Assembly: GCA_020184695.1 (NCBI GenBank)
Contig: JAANOX010000136.1
Span: 1 to 64,000 of the forward strand
Length of the DNA stretch: 64,000 nucleotides
DNA from: Histomonas meleagridis 2922-C6/04-290x
Lineage: Eukaryota > Protista > Parabasalia
Direction: 5' to 3'
The notes under the pieces were generated by a model, which worked only from the letters and a program-made list of their open reading frames with translations, made no database searches and had not been told where the DNA came from. This document shows, piece by piece, positions 41,240-53,475 of this stretch. Each line of letters begins with the position of its first letter. Within the stretch, counting starts at the first letter, position 1. A program made the position numbers and the translations under genes.

Positions 41240-42832
41240 TTAAATTTCGTTCAGCTCTGACATATTTTGTTTTATTTCCGGTATTTTTGGAATTGGCTCT
41301 GATATTTCAATTTCGAGCGAAGACAAGTACTGCGAGTGCTTCACGTAATTATCGAATTTCCTAAACTGAGGCTCAAAGTTTGGGTTATCGAAGTACATTT
41401 TTGCTATTTTTTCTTCGTTAATTTGTTTTCTTGCTTTTTGGTTATATCTTTTCATTAACTCATACATCCATAGCCCATTAAATTCCGTTGGCAATGTGTT
41501 AACTCTTATTTCACCGTTCATGAAATGTTCGATATTTTTTACTATTTTATTAAGTGTCGATATTAATGGCCAATTATATTCCGGATAAATTTCTTTGTAT
41601 TTTTGCGGATCGATTTGAAACGGAACTTGTGCTTTAAGCATAAACTCTCTCGTAACATAAAAATCAGTCGCATGTATTAAATATATATAAAGTTCGTTCC
41701 ATATTTCGTTGGAATATAATGTTAACTCGAAAAATGTTTGATAGCGTTCGAACAAATTTATAATTAGTCGTGGCTTTTGATATTGGTTTTGAATAATATC
41801 AATCATCTTTTGTACAAAGCATTTGGTGGCTTGTGTTGATATAAGATTAAATGTATTAATAACTGTAGGCAATTTGGGAAGAAAATGATTTTGAATATAT
41901 TTGGAACAAAATAATGAGGTGCAAATAACAAAGATAACCCAAAAGACATCACATATGGGATCTTCTAAAATGTGTCCAAATGATGTACAGACTGACATAA
42001 GAGGTATTTCAATAAAAGAATAATCAGAAGTTTGGGACCGTTTAAAATAAACGGCCGTTTCTTCACAAATGCAAAGTGAAAGAAGAGAATAGCAATGTAA
42101 CCTCTCTTGCGAGACCTCATTACCATGAATTATACGGTTATCGATGGTAAGGAAGCTTGGTTCTGGTTCACTTAGATAATACATAAATTTAGAAAAAATT
42201 TTTGCAGTATTGTTTGAGAATTCTGATAACTGAGTGAGACTATCGCTAAAAGAAGCAAGGTTACTTAATGTTTGAGTTGTAAATTTTGAATCTGAAAAAA
42301 TATTTAATTGATCAAATATTCCATCTTTTCCCCAAGTAGATATTCCTTGATTAAAAGGATTTTCAGATAAGTCATGAACTAGTGCTTTATAGGTTTCTAT
42401 GTTTGCTAATTTTTGCTTTGGTTTTGGTATAAAACTAATTTGATCAACTGACAATATTGAAAAAGAAAGATTAATTTGAAATCCTCCATATGTGGTTTCT
42501 ATAGTTCGTGAAAATACTACTGTTTTATCCTGTAAAATTGAATCAGGTGCTTTTATTATTGTTTCGCCAAGAACTTCCTCTTTCCCCATAATCGATTTGG
42601 ATATTAATTTTAATGTGACCGGGGGATTCTGTTTGATTGTTGCTTTGTATTTTATTTCTTCTTCAATAATAATAAATGGTTGGCTTATTTGGAAGTATTT
42701 TGTTTTTCCTTTAGTATCAGGACCAACCCATTCAATTAATGCAACAGAAGAAAGGAGCCTTCTAACATTCATTGATCTGATTGTTAGTTTAAAATTGAGG
42801 CTCTTTTTTTTCATTATAAAATAAACGGGCAC
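41240..42832 (-). CDS. Hypothetical protein with possible N-terminal C2-like domain
   Basis: 530-aa ORF: beta-rich N-terminus (LKLISKSIMGKEEVLGETII) followed by a helical region. Confidence 0.6.
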   Translation of the reverse strand: MPVYFIMKKKSLNFKLTIRSMNVRRLLSSVALIEWVGPDTKGKTKYFQISQPFIIIEEEIKYKATIKQNPPVTLKLISKSIMGKEEVLGETIIKAPDSILQDKTVVFSRTIETTYGGFQINLSFSILSVDQISFIPKPKQKLANIETYKALVHDLSENPFNQGISTWGKDGIFDQLNIFSDSKFTTQTLSNLASFSDSLTQLSEFSNNTAKIFSKFMYYLSEPEPSFLTIDNRIIHGNEVSQERLHCYSLLSLCICEETAVYFKRSQTSDYSFIEIPLMSVCTSFGHILEDPICDVFWVIFVICTSLFCSKYIQNHFLPKLPTVINTFNLISTQATKCFVQKMIDIIQNQYQKPRLIINLFERYQTFFELTLYSNEIWNELYIYLIHATDFYVTREFMLKAQVPFQIDPQKYKEIYPEYNWPLISTLNKIVKNIEHFMNGEIRVNTLPTEFNGLWMYELMKRYNQKARKQINEEKIAKMYFDNPNFEPQFRKFDNYVKHSQYLSSLEIEISEPIPKIPEIKQNMSELNEI

Positions 42833-43221
42833 ATTTCAGTTCATTAACTTCATCAATTTACACCTAAAGTTTATATATTTAGCCTATTAACGTAGTGTTA
42901 TACTTATTTAATGAAGTATGTGATTGTCTATTTAAATAAAGAAATCTTGAATTATCTCAAAATCAATTTAATCACTGATTCAAATTCTCCATTTTCTTAT
43001 CATTTTCACTTTGTTCTTTGTTCACAAAACAATTAAAGAAAAAATTCAAATTTTTCCATTATTTCAGATTTTATGCTAGTAAGGATTTTACCTTTACTCT
43101 GTACTCAAGCACACTAAATTTATTATAAAGCAGTTCTGCAGCATTTCGATTTAATTTATTTAATTTCTTCTTGACTTTTGGAACACATCGATAAACACAA
43201 ACATATTCAATCAAACATTTA

Positions 43222-44625
43222 TTAATTTTCATTATTATTTTCCAACTCATTCAGCTTTTGCTTTGCTTTTTCGTGATTTTTCTCAGCCGCCTTTTTATAG
43301 TACCGAATTGCTTCCTCGTTATTCTGTTCTGCTCCGATTCCCTTTTGGTAACACTTACCCAAACAATAGAAGCATTCGACATCTTCGCTTTGCATCGCGC
43401 CAAGTTTATACCACTCTATAGCGCCTGCCTCATTTTTCTCAATCGAAATTCCCTTTTGATATATCTTTGCAATGTATCGATATGCAATGACGTCGCCATG
43501 ACGCGCCGCATTAAAGAAATATTGTATCGCTTTGTCGAATTTTTGTTTCTCAAAGCAATAGATAGCAAACTCATGAATGGCTTTAAAGAAGCCTAAGTTT
43601 GCTGACTTCTCAAGAAGTTCTTCATATTTGGATTCGTCTTGTTCGACTCCTTTTCCTTCTTGATACAACTTAGACATGAAATAATATCCTTGAGGAGATT
43701 GGCATTCAATAGAGCGCTGAAGATATTGAACAGCTTCTGTATATTTAGACTCTTCAATGTAATGAAGTGATACATTAAAGTGGGAATTGGGATAACCGCC
43801 GTCAGAAGCGGTTTTGTAGTGCTCGAGTGATTTCACTTGGTCACGATCACAACCGTAACCGTTGTGATAGAGGTACCCCAATAAATGATGCGACGGCATG
43901 TGACCAAGCCCAGCTGCTTTGCTCGAGTATTTGAATGCAAGCTTGTGGTTGGGTGGAAATCCATTGCCTTTGAAAATGGTGATGGCAAATAAATACATTG
44001 ATGGTATATCACCAAGCTCTGCCATGGCCAAGAGAAGCGCAGGCGCTAAGAACCTTTTGTGAGGAGCTAAGGATACGTACTCTTGGCGAAGGGTTTCAAC
44101 TGTAGTTTCTGCTAAATATTCCTTGAGAAGTGATTCTGCTGTGGAATAACCATTAATCTGTGCTGATGAAAGATATGCAATTGCTAATGGAATTTCAGGA
44201 CTACATCCAAAGCCATCATGTAAAACTTTTGCATAATAATATTGAGCTTTGGGAATTTGCTCATTTGCACATCTTTTAAGATGAAATCCAGCATCAAAAC
44301 CAGACTTGAATGTTCCAATCCCTTCATAGTAACATATGCCAACAGCAGTTTTTCCTTCCCAGTCATAATTGATAGCGGCTTTCTTGAAATATTTAAAAGC
44401 TTCTCTATTACTTTGAGGAACTCCTTCACCATTTAGGCACACGTATCCGTAGCGTGTTTGCGCTTTGTCATGTCCTTCATCTGCAGCTTGTTTGTACAAT
44501 TGTGCTGCTTTGATTAAATCCTTTTCAACACCTTTACCTTTTTCATATTTGACAGCTTCTGCGTATATTCTGTTGACTTCTTCTGCTATATGTAGGACAG
44601 GAACTCTTGTGCTCAATGCTCCCAT
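43222..44625 (-). CDS. Sel1-repeat protein
   Basis: Repeated Sel1 motifs (GKGVEKDLIKAAQLYKQAADEG, GIGAEQNNEEAIRYYKKAAE); MG start. Confidence 0.92.
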   Translation of the reverse strand: MGALSTRVPVLHIAEEVNRIYAEAVKYEKGKGVEKDLIKAAQLYKQAADEGHDKAQTRYGYVCLNGEGVPQSNREAFKYFKKAAINYDWEGKTAVGICYYEGIGTFKSGFDAGFHLKRCANEQIPKAQYYYAKVLHDGFGCSPEIPLAIAYLSSAQINGYSTAESLLKEYLAETTVETLRQEYVSLAPHKRFLAPALLLAMAELGDIPSMYLFAITIFKGNGFPPNHKLAFKYSSKAAGLGHMPSHHLLGYLYHNGYGCDRDQVKSLEHYKTASDGGYPNSHFNVSLHYIEESKYTEAVQYLQRSIECQSPQGYYFMSKLYQEGKGVEQDESKYEELLEKSANLGFFKAIHEFAIYCFEKQKFDKAIQYFFNAARHGDVIAYRYIAKIYQKGISIEKNEAGAIEWYKLGAMQSEDVECFYCLGKCYQKGIGAEQNNEEAIRYYKKAAEKNHEKAKQKLNELENNNEN

Positions 44626-45111
44626 TATGTTGAATTCTGTTCATAAAAACCACAATAACCGTCAGAATAGGCATCAAATGTTTTGTCACGAAAGTCAAAT
44701 TTTAAATAAAATTCGTTCTAAATTATTTGGTCTTTTGATTTGATGTTTCCCTGCATTGCTCAATTATTTCGTTAGAAATTTGTAACCATTCGAAATATAA
44801 ATAAATGCATTTAGATTAAAAGTTTTCGAAATATTATAGGAAAGATTCAATCTATGTCTTTAGACACCATTACCAATGATAATATGAATCGCATAAAAGC
44901 AGATGTTTTTTATTAATTAAATTGCAATTTATAATCGAATAACTTTCTTAATTCCTGCCATTTTTTTAAACATGTAATACTTGCTTAAAAATGGAAAAGG
45001 GATTTATAAATTTTTATATAATCGATATCATCTTCAAATATCTAATAAATTTTATTGTAAATTTCATTTTGTATGATTACCACGGTTAGGCGATAATTCA
45101 AAAAGTGAGTT

Positions 45112-45642
45112 TTGATCGTCGTTCTAGTCCACCCTGAATTTGATGCTTTATGTAAAGTATTTAATCAAGTACTCAAAATGCCCAAAAGCGTTAAACTTGA
45201 TGGGATGCCAAAAATGAATAAAGAAGATATGGTTCAAGCGGTCAAAGAAGAACTAAATGCATGCAAGTTGATAATTGGCTTGGAGATTGAAAATCAGTTC
45301 GATCAAGCTATAAAATTTCTTGAAATAGTAGAAAAAATTTCAAAACAAAGTAAATACTTAAAGGCTTCAAATAGTGAAAAAATCGAACAGATACATGATA
45401 ATTTATTCAAACATGCAAGTTTGGTCATTGATCCGAATTTTCAAGATGATTTAAGATTCAAAGAAATGTCATCTATACTTCACAATGCGTATACCGAAAT
45501 AGAACCAGAGGTTAACAAATTTATTGATGAAATTCCAGATTTGTTCATTGATTTAATACCAAATCCTTTATGGGTGAATTTATTAATTTGTTTTGTTCTT
45601 TTTATTTTAGTACTTTATACAAGGAAATACAAGCTCAAGTAA
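45112..45642 (+). CDS. Hypothetical tail-anchored membrane protein
   Basis: Helical ORF with a C-terminal hydrophobic segment (LWVNLLICFVLFILVLY) and basic end; start uncertain. Confidence 0.55.
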   Translation: MIVVLVHPEFDALCKVFNQVLKMPKSVKLDGMPKMNKEDMVQAVKEELNACKLIIGLEIENQFDQAIKFLEIVEKISKQSKYLKASNSEKIEQIHDNLFKHASLVIDPNFQDDLRFKEMSSILHNAYTEIEPEVNKFIDEIPDLFIDLIPNPLWVNLLICFVLFILVLYTRKYKLK

Positions 45643-45931
45643 ATATTATATATTGGAAATTTCTTTTTTTAACATCTTTAAAAATTATTTATTAAACTTG
45701 TGCAATATAATTAGAATCTTTATGCTTATGTAATATTAGTTTTTTCTTTTAATTAGTTATTTGAAAAAATTCTGTTTTAGATTTCATTTATCTTTAGAAA
45801 TTAGAAATTGATTTGAAATATTTTTCGATGAAAATCAGCAATGAAAGCGTGATTACATTTTATATCAATATAACATTTTGTTCTGTTTCACATAAATATA
45901 TTTAAGTAATTATTTCTATTTACTAACAATT

Positions 45932-46861
45932 CTAAAATTCAAACGCATCTGTCTCTCCATACAAAACAAATAGTGTTTCAAGTTCTCTTTTAGTTTTTAC
46001 AATATTTTTATAGTATTCGTTATATGCTTCTGGTGCTACCAGCTTTGCAAATTTCACAAAAAAAGAGATGTAATTTTGTATCTTCTCATCATTCAGTGAC
46101 ATATTCGAAATCGCCACTGCCAATGTGTTCAATATGTTAATGTAATATCTTTTTGCTTTCTGAAGACTTGTGAAAGAACTGCAAAGGATTAAAGTTACCA
46201 AATCTTCAATTTGTTGTGAAGCTGATCTCTCAATCATCAAATTTAGTTCAGGTGGAGAAGGCGGAGGCGGAAGCCATTTCTTCTTTGGGTTCTTTTTTTC
46301 CTCATTAGTTTCTTCATATGGAACATCATCAAGGAGATAAGCCAAATCTTCAATATCTGATTCAATATCTTTTTTACGAGATTTTGGATTTTTGTCTTTT
46401 TTCTGGTTTTCTTTGGAATTAATTTGATGTTCAACAGGAGTTAAATGACTATTCGGTTGTTGGAAATAAGTAAAATTTTTCTTGCCTTCATTGAATGGTT
46501 GCGATATTGATTTTTTAATTGTTGTCCTTGGACTTCTAGTTTGTTGACTGGATTTTAATTCTTCAATTTTTTGATTTAATTCTTCAATTCTTCTTTGGTC
46601 AAACTCATTGGAATCTTCAAGAGTTTTAATTCGCTGTTTAAGTGTTTTGTTGGATTTTTTTAGCATTTGATTTTCTTCTTCTAATTCTTTAATTCTTTTC
46701 CTAAGACTTACATTTTCCTTTCCAACTAGAATAGAATTAGGAAGTTTGTCTCTGATTTCCATAAGGATTTCATTCTGGAAATTTATTTCCATGAAGAATC
46801 TATGGAAATTTATATAACGTTCTCCAACGGTTTGACCACAAGAAATTTTTTTTTGAATCAA
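45932..46861 (-). CDS. Hypothetical coiled-coil protein
   Basis: Heptad-rich N-terminal half and a WLPPPPSPP motif. Confidence 0.65.
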   Translation of the reverse strand: MIQKKISCGQTVGERYINFHRFFMEINFQNEILMEIRDKLPNSILVGKENVSLRKRIKELEEENQMLKKSNKTLKQRIKTLEDSNEFDQRRIEELNQKIEELKSSQQTRSPRTTIKKSISQPFNEGKKNFTYFQQPNSHLTPVEHQINSKENQKKDKNPKSRKKDIESDIEDLAYLLDDVPYEETNEEKKNPKKKWLPPPPSPPELNLMIERSASQQIEDLVTLILCSSFTSLQKAKRYYINILNTLAVAISNMSLNDEKIQNYISFFVKFAKLVAPEAYNEYYKNIVKTKRELETLFVLYGETDAFEF

Positions 46862-47145
46862 AAAAATGTACGTTTATTATTTGAATTTTGATTCAACAAA
46901 AAGAAGTAAAAATTGAAATATTTACTTATGAAAATAAATGAGTCCAATATAACCACAATTCTTTTATTGAAGATTTATAAATACTTTCATTTCTCTCACT
47001 AACGGAACTACATTTTTTCATCATTAACTCATAAAATTTTATGATGATGCAAATTTTGCTTGCCTCGGAATCTAATTAAATGATCACAAAAGAGAGATCA
47101 ATATTTGTAATTTATGATTCCCTCCAAATCCTCGCATTGAAGTCA

Positions 47146-48285
47146 TTATCCATCATCAATGACACCGTTCAACTTATCGATAAGTATTTCAACAGGATTT
47201 TCTTTCTCGGCAACATTTCCATTTGCATTCAAAGAGTCCAAAACGAGCGGCGCTGTCGAAGTGAGTAGTTTCACGAGATGGAGTTGTTTTGATGCCGATT
47301 TTTGTTTCTGCTTTTCAAATTGCGTCAATTTTTTTCTCAATGATTCAATTTGCCTGCGTAATAACTCGTTTTCGCTTTCGATTTCGGCGCATTCTTTATC
47401 TAAACTTTCGATTTTAGCTTCGCTTTCTGATTCGATTCTTGCGCGCCTTTTTGCATATTTGACTTCGGCTTCTGACATTTTAATCCGTATGGCTTCTGTT
47501 CGCTGTCGATATTTAGCGATGTCATCAATGAGCATTTTTTCTCGATCAGTAATAAGTTGATTGTTTTGTCTAACACTTTCTATCTTATTTACAAGATCCT
47601 TATTAGCACTCAATACCTCTCTGCTCTTTATTTGATTGTTACGTAATTGGGTTGAAGCTGCTCTCGCATCTTGAATACATCGAATTGCTGCATCTTCAAG
47701 AGGCTTGTCCTTTTTGTCCATTGCTTCACGTTCGGCCTTTTTGATACGACGCTGATATTCATTTTCGTATTGAGCCTTTTCCCTTTGAAGTTGGTATCGA
47801 AATTGATCCATCGTTTCTTGATGAGCTTGTCGGTATTGTTGAAGAGTATGACTAAGACGCGAAAGTTCGTCTTCAATTTTATCCTTTTGCTTTTGAAATT
47901 CAAGAAGATCTTCAAGTTCTGAAGAATGCAATGAAAGTTCTGCTTGAAGTATGGCTTCTTTTTCTCTTTGCTCATGCTGGATTTGTTGGATTTGTTGGGC
48001 GTTCTTTTTTATTATGGCAGAAAGCCGAGATTTGGCGGAATCAACTTTTGCTTGAAGTTTAGAACGCTCTTGAGTGGATGCTTCAACTTTCCACTCCAAG
48101 TTCTTAATTTCCCTATCTGTTGTATCACTTTTTACTTGCAGGTTTAAATTATTGTAGTTTGATATTTTTGGAGTACCAGAAGTTTCATCCTGCATATTTT
48201 TTAATATGCTAATTTTGTCATTTAATGTTTCCATTTTAGGAATTTCGATTTGTAAAGTCTGTTTGTTTTCATTGTTTTCTTTCAT
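47146..48285 (-). CDS. Coiled-coil protein (possibly cytoskeletal/flagellar)
   Basis: 379-aa E/K/Q/R-rich heptad ORF. Confidence 0.7.
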   Translation of the reverse strand: MKENNENKQTLQIEIPKMETLNDKISILKNMQDETSGTPKISNYNNLNLQVKSDTTDREIKNLEWKVEASTQERSKLQAKVDSAKSRLSAIIKKNAQQIQQIQHEQREKEAILQAELSLHSSELEDLLEFQKQKDKIEDELSRLSHTLQQYRQAHQETMDQFRYQLQREKAQYENEYQRRIKKAEREAMDKKDKPLEDAAIRCIQDARAASTQLRNNQIKSREVLSANKDLVNKIESVRQNNQLITDREKMLIDDIAKYRQRTEAIRIKMSEAEVKYAKRRARIESESEAKIESLDKECAEIESENELLRRQIESLRKKLTQFEKQKQKSASKQLHLVKLLTSTAPLVLDSLNANGNVAEKENPVEILIDKLNGVIDDG

Positions 48286-48927
48286 GATATTTTCACTTAC
48301 TTTGTTTGGAAATAATAAACGTTATTTTGCAACATCAGATAATGTGAAGTGATTTAACGTCTTCATTTTTAAAAGGAATTTATCTTCATCCCAAATTTGT
48401 TAATAGAGTCTATATTTTTTAAACTATACACAAAATTGTATTTTATTAAAGAAACAAAAAAGTGTTAAGAAAAAATGATCTATTATGGAAAATCGAAATT
48501 TTGATAAAATATTTTTTGATATGATCTTTATTATTATATTGAAATTAAATTCCGATAAATATTCTTTATAATTCTCTGAGTTAAAAATAATTTTTTTTAT
48601 GTTTCATTAAATGAAGTATTTCAAGATTTCCCTCTGTACTGTTTTTTTATTCCAGGATATGCACATCTATACGAACTGCTTTAGTAGTGTACAGATTTTA
48701 AAGATATTTATGGGGTTCAGTTTTGAGAAAAACGAGCCTTAATTTCGTGTGTCGAGTTTTCGCATGACATGTGATAACATATATAACAATAAGAATTTTT
48801 CCAAAAGTTATACATAAACAAAAAGCACAATACTAAACGTCAATATTGGAAAATAACGTGGTGACGTTGAATACTAAAAATGATTCACATTTAGAACACG
48901 CTACATTTTATTATTTATTTATCTTAA

Positions 48928-50247
48928 TTACATTTGCTCAATGAATTTCTCTTCTTTGAAGTCATCTGCAAATGGATCTCCTTCAATATTTGATATAGAT
49001 ATTCCTGTTGTGAATGTGTTTGTGGTTTGGTTATCATTTTGTTGTTCTGAAATTTCATTTTCTGCAATTTCTTCTTTTTTATTTTTAATTCGTATCAATA
49101 ATATAATAAGTAATGAAATTATAATAATAACAACAACAATAACGCAAACGATTATTATGATAATTGTTGTTTTATTATCTTTTGTTTGAAATTCATTGTT
49201 ATAAATAAATGTAAAGAAGTTCGAATAATAAATATAATAAGTTGAATAAATAATAACTGTGTAATCATAATATATAAATTCTGTTTCAATATAAACATTC
49301 GATGAATTAATTGCAATTAGTGAAAGTGATTTTGTTTGTATTTCATAATAAGTAAATGAATATGTAAATGATAATGTGACTGTTAACAGATATGAAAAAG
49401 ATTTCGTTATATCATTTTGAAATGATTCAGTAAATGTATTTGATTTTGAAAATGTATTAATACTGAATGCATGCGATTGAGAATATGTATTTGACTGAGA
49501 ATATGTATCACTACAACTAAATGTATTTGACTGAGAATATGTGTTACTTCGACTGAATGTATGTGATGATGAAAATGAAAGTGTCGGAATTGATTCGCAG
49601 TTTCCTTCTGCTGATTTGTCTTTGACTGATAATGTTCCAAATGTCTTATTGATATATGTTGGATATGTTATAACTGTTGTTGTAACATTAGAAAATGCAT
49701 TTTCTTCAATATTCGGTTCGTTACTTCCATAATAATAAATGCATTCAAGTGCTTTACAATCACCAAATGCTGAACCTCCAATTTCTGTTATTCCATACCC
49801 AAGTGTTAATATCATTAAATTAGAACAGAATGAAAACGCATAACTCCCAATTGTTGTGACTGAATTTGGAATTGTAATGTTTTTGATTGATGAACATGAT
49901 GAAAATGCTGAATCACCAATCGTTGTAACATTTTCTCCAAAAATAATCGTTTCTAAATGTGAACATGTTGAAAACGCATAATTCCCAATATCTGATATAG
50001 AATTACCAAAATTAACTGAAAATAACTGATGGCCATTCTGAAAATGCACCACTTGGAATGGTATAAATTCCTTCACTAATATATATAAATTTCGTGTTGT
50101 TTTTATATTGATCAATTTCACTAAAATCATTTGAATTTGTTATTGTTAATGTTAAATTATCATCATAAAATAATTGAAAAGAATTTATGAAAAATATAAC
50201 AAAAATTAAAACATTTTTATGTTTTCTCTTTTCGTTTGTTTTCAATT
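48928..50247 (-). pseudogene. BspA-like surface protein, copy 1, with a 1-nt frameshift near 50012
   Basis: Identical to copy 2 over about 758 bp except an extra A (CTGAAAATAA vs CTGAAATAA). It has its own TM and tail (IIIIIVCVIVVV...). Confidence 0.8.
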
Positions 50248-51239
50248 CGTAGTTGGTCAATAAAAATTTCTGTAGAAAAAGTGGTTTTTTCTGAAAAAAA
50301 TTGATATAAACCACAATCATCATTGAAAAAATGGCGGTTAAACGAACGTAAACATTGAATTTAAATGGTCGGTCTTTTTTATCGTTTTGCATCAACAAAA
50401 AACAAAGAAATTTACTCCGGTTCAAAGATATTTTCTGGTAACTCCTTTTAGTGGTTTGCTTTGACGTATTGTCTTCAATAAGCATACTGGTTAAAAAGGA
50501 TTTATTTTTGGTAATTGTAAAATATGATACTGAGAATTTTATTTTGTCATAAAATATTTGAAGCATAACTAATGTATGGTCTATTTCAGTCAAGCAATCT
50601 AAAAATAAACTGGTTTTAAAGAAAATAGAATTGTTGCTAAATATATCAAAATTTTGGTTATGAATTTCAAAGACTTGATCTTCTACATTGTACCCATGAA
50701 TGAATCCTTCTTCGCTGAGGTTCTTTTTCATATTTGATATTTTTATAGTTGTAAGAAATGGGATTTCTGGTATTGTATCGGTCGTAAATTGCTTTGTTAC
50801 GCCCGAAATGAGCATCAAATGAAGAATTTTCATGCTTCAAGATCTAATATAGTTGAAGGCCTTTATTAAATACACATCGGCTAATACAAAAGTTAAAAAT
50901 CACACGGTTATCATGTAAAAAATTTATTGTTTTCTTGAAGTTTTTCAATTTAACCTAAAATTCGTTTGTTTCAATATTTAAGGACACACAGAAAAGGTGC
51001 TAAAATAAATGATTATAAAGCACTTTTAAATAATATAATGAATGAATGCATGTGATAGAGCTGAATTTGCTGATCAAAATGATATATCTTTGTTATTGGT
51101 AATCATTTTTTAAAGTTATTAAATTTCATTAATTATTCACATATGAATTTGATTTGATTTGGATACAATTACAATTAAAACTGTTTTTGTAATTCCACTT
51201 GATGTCTCATTTGAGATATAACTTATATATGTATAACAA

Positions 51240-52015
51240 TTTAAATAATATTAAAATATGAAATATATATAATCATTGTGTAATCATAATATATAGATCC
51301 TTTTTCAAGGTATGAAATCGTTGAATTATTGATATATAATGAAAATGATTTTGTTTGCGTTTAATAAACAGTTTATGATTTGTTATCGATAAAGAAAGTG
51401 TTAATATGTAAGAAAAAGTTAAAGTTAAATCCCTTTGAAGTGCTTTTGTATATGTATTTGATTTAGTGAATGTATGTGTTTGTATAAATGAATTAGATCT
51501 TGTGAACATATCTGAATTTTACAATGTATTCGATTTTGTAAATGAATGAGTTGAAATTGGTAAACAAACACCACCATTATATTCGTTATTCACTGGAAAT
51601 GGTTCAAATGTTTTTTTTCTTTGTGTGTTGAATATGTAATAATTGATGAAAATGTATTTTCACTAATATATGGTTCTGATTTGCCATAATAATAAATAAT
51701 CGAAGGATGTTCAATTAGAAAATGAATATTTTCCAATTCTTATTTGTTGTGTGAAAATTTTTAATATCGTTAAATGATAGCAATTAGAAAATGCTGCTTC
51801 TCCAATGTTTTGAACCAAACTTGGAAGTGTGAAGGTTGAATGAAAATGCTAAATTACTAATTGTCGTATTATTTTATCCATATTCGGTAGTGATAAAAAT
51901 ACATAATTCAATATGATTTACAGAGTTTCCAAAATTAACATAAAGAACAGATTTACCATTAGTTGAGAATAACAAATTGTTCATCGATTAATATTTCTCA
52001 TTGTGAATCATTTCA
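51240..52015 (-). pseudogene. Degraded BspA-like gene
   Basis: Remnants FTLPSLVQNIGEAAFSNC and an SNT-type stalk, broken by stops and frameshifts. Confidence 0.65.
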
Positions 52016-52074
52016 TAGTTTTTAAATAATTTAAAAATATATCAATTGAAAATATATTTTTATTTTACATTAAA

Positions 52075-53475
52075 TCATAGCCAATTGTCTTCATCTTCTT
52101 TAACAATATCTTCAACTAAAGTATTGACATCTTCCTTTTGATTTAAACTTGATGTCGTTGAATCCTTAAATTGTAATGTCGATGTCGATTTTCCTTTTTT
52201 ATTATTACTTTTTATTAAGAATATAACAATTCCAACAATTATTAACACTAATGCAATTGATCCGCAAACAATTCCAATCAATGCATTCGTTGTAAGTCCA
52301 TTCGTATGTAAAATGTTCGTGCGAAACATTGTAATGAAATTTGAATAATAATTAAAATGTGTCGAATACATAATAACTGTGTAATCATAATAAAGAAATT
52401 CAGTTTCGACATAAGAAAATGTTGAATTGAATATAAATAATGAAAGTGATCTTGTTTGCGTTTCATAATATGTAAATGAATATGCAATTGTCAATGTATA
52501 CGTTAATGTATATGAATATAATAATGTTAAATCGCTTTGAAACGATTCAGTAAATGTATTTGACTGAGAATATGTATTACTTCGATTGAATGTGTTTGAC
52601 TGAGAATATGTATCACTACAACTAAATGTATTTGACTGAGAATATGTGTTACTTCGACTGAATGTATGTGATGATGAAAATGAAAGTGTCGGAATTGATT
52701 CGCAGTTTCCTTCTGCTGATTTGTCTTTGACTGATAATGTTCCAAATGTCTTATTGATATATGTTGGATATGTTATAACTGTTGTTGTAACATTAGAAAA
52801 TGCATTTTCTTCAATATTCGGTTCGTTACTTCCATAATAATAAATGCATTCAAGTGCTTTACAATCACCAAATGCTGAACCTCCAATTTCTGTTATTCCA
52901 TACCCAAGTGTTAATATCATTAAATTAGAACAGAATGAAAACGCATAACTCCCAATTGTTGTGACTGAATTTGGAATTGTAATGTTTTTGATTGATGAAC
53001 ATGATGAAAATGCTGAATCACCAATCGTTGTAACATTTTCTCCAAAAATAATCGTTTCTAAATGTGAACATGTTGAAAACGCATAATTCCCAATATCTGA
53101 TATAGAATTACCAAAATTAACTGAAATAACTGATGGCCATTCTGAAAATGCACCACTTGGAATGGTATAAATTCCTTCACTAATATATATAAATTTCGTG
53201 TTGTTTTTATATTGATCAATTTCACTAAAATCATTTGAATTTGTTATTGTTAATGTTAAATTATCATCATAAAATAATTGAAAAGAATTTATGAAAAATA
53301 TAACAAAAATTAAAACATTTTTATGTTTTCTCTTTTCGTTTGTTTTCAATTTGTTAAATAAAAATATAATTTCATAAAACGATAAAAATCCCAAAATAAA
53401 AAAGTAACGCATTAGAGCTTGGGCATTTTCATTGAATTTGAACATTTTCTTTATGAAACTATTCTTCATTGGCAT
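52075..53475 (-). CDS. BspA-like surface protein, copy 2 (5' end uncertain)
   Basis: LRR_5 repeats (ITIPNSVTTIGSYAFSFCSNL), stalk, LIGIVCGSIALVLIIVGIVIFL TM segment. Confidence 0.8.
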   Translation of the reverse strand: MPMKNSFIKKMFKFNENAQALMRYFFILGFLSFYEIIFLFNKLKTNEKRKHKNVLIFVIFFINSFQLFYDDNLTLTITNSNDFSEIDQYKNNTKFIYISEGIYTIPSGAFSEWPSVISVNFGNSISDIGNYAFSTCSHLETIIFGENVTTIGDSAFSSCSSIKNITIPNSVTTIGSYAFSFCSNLMILTLGYGITEIGGSAFGDCKALECIYYYGSNEPNIEENAFSNVTTTVITYPTYINKTFGTLSVKDKSAEGNCESIPTLSFSSSHTFSRSNTYSQSNTFSCSDTYSQSNTFNRSNTYSQSNTFTESFQSDLTLLYSYTLTYTLTIAYSFTYYETQTRSLSLFIFNSTFSYVETEFLYYDYTVIMYSTHFNYYSNFITMFRTNILHTNGLTTNALIGIVCGSIALVLIIVGIVIFLIKSNNKKGKSTSTLQFKDSTTSSLNQKEDVNTLVEDIVKEDEDNWL

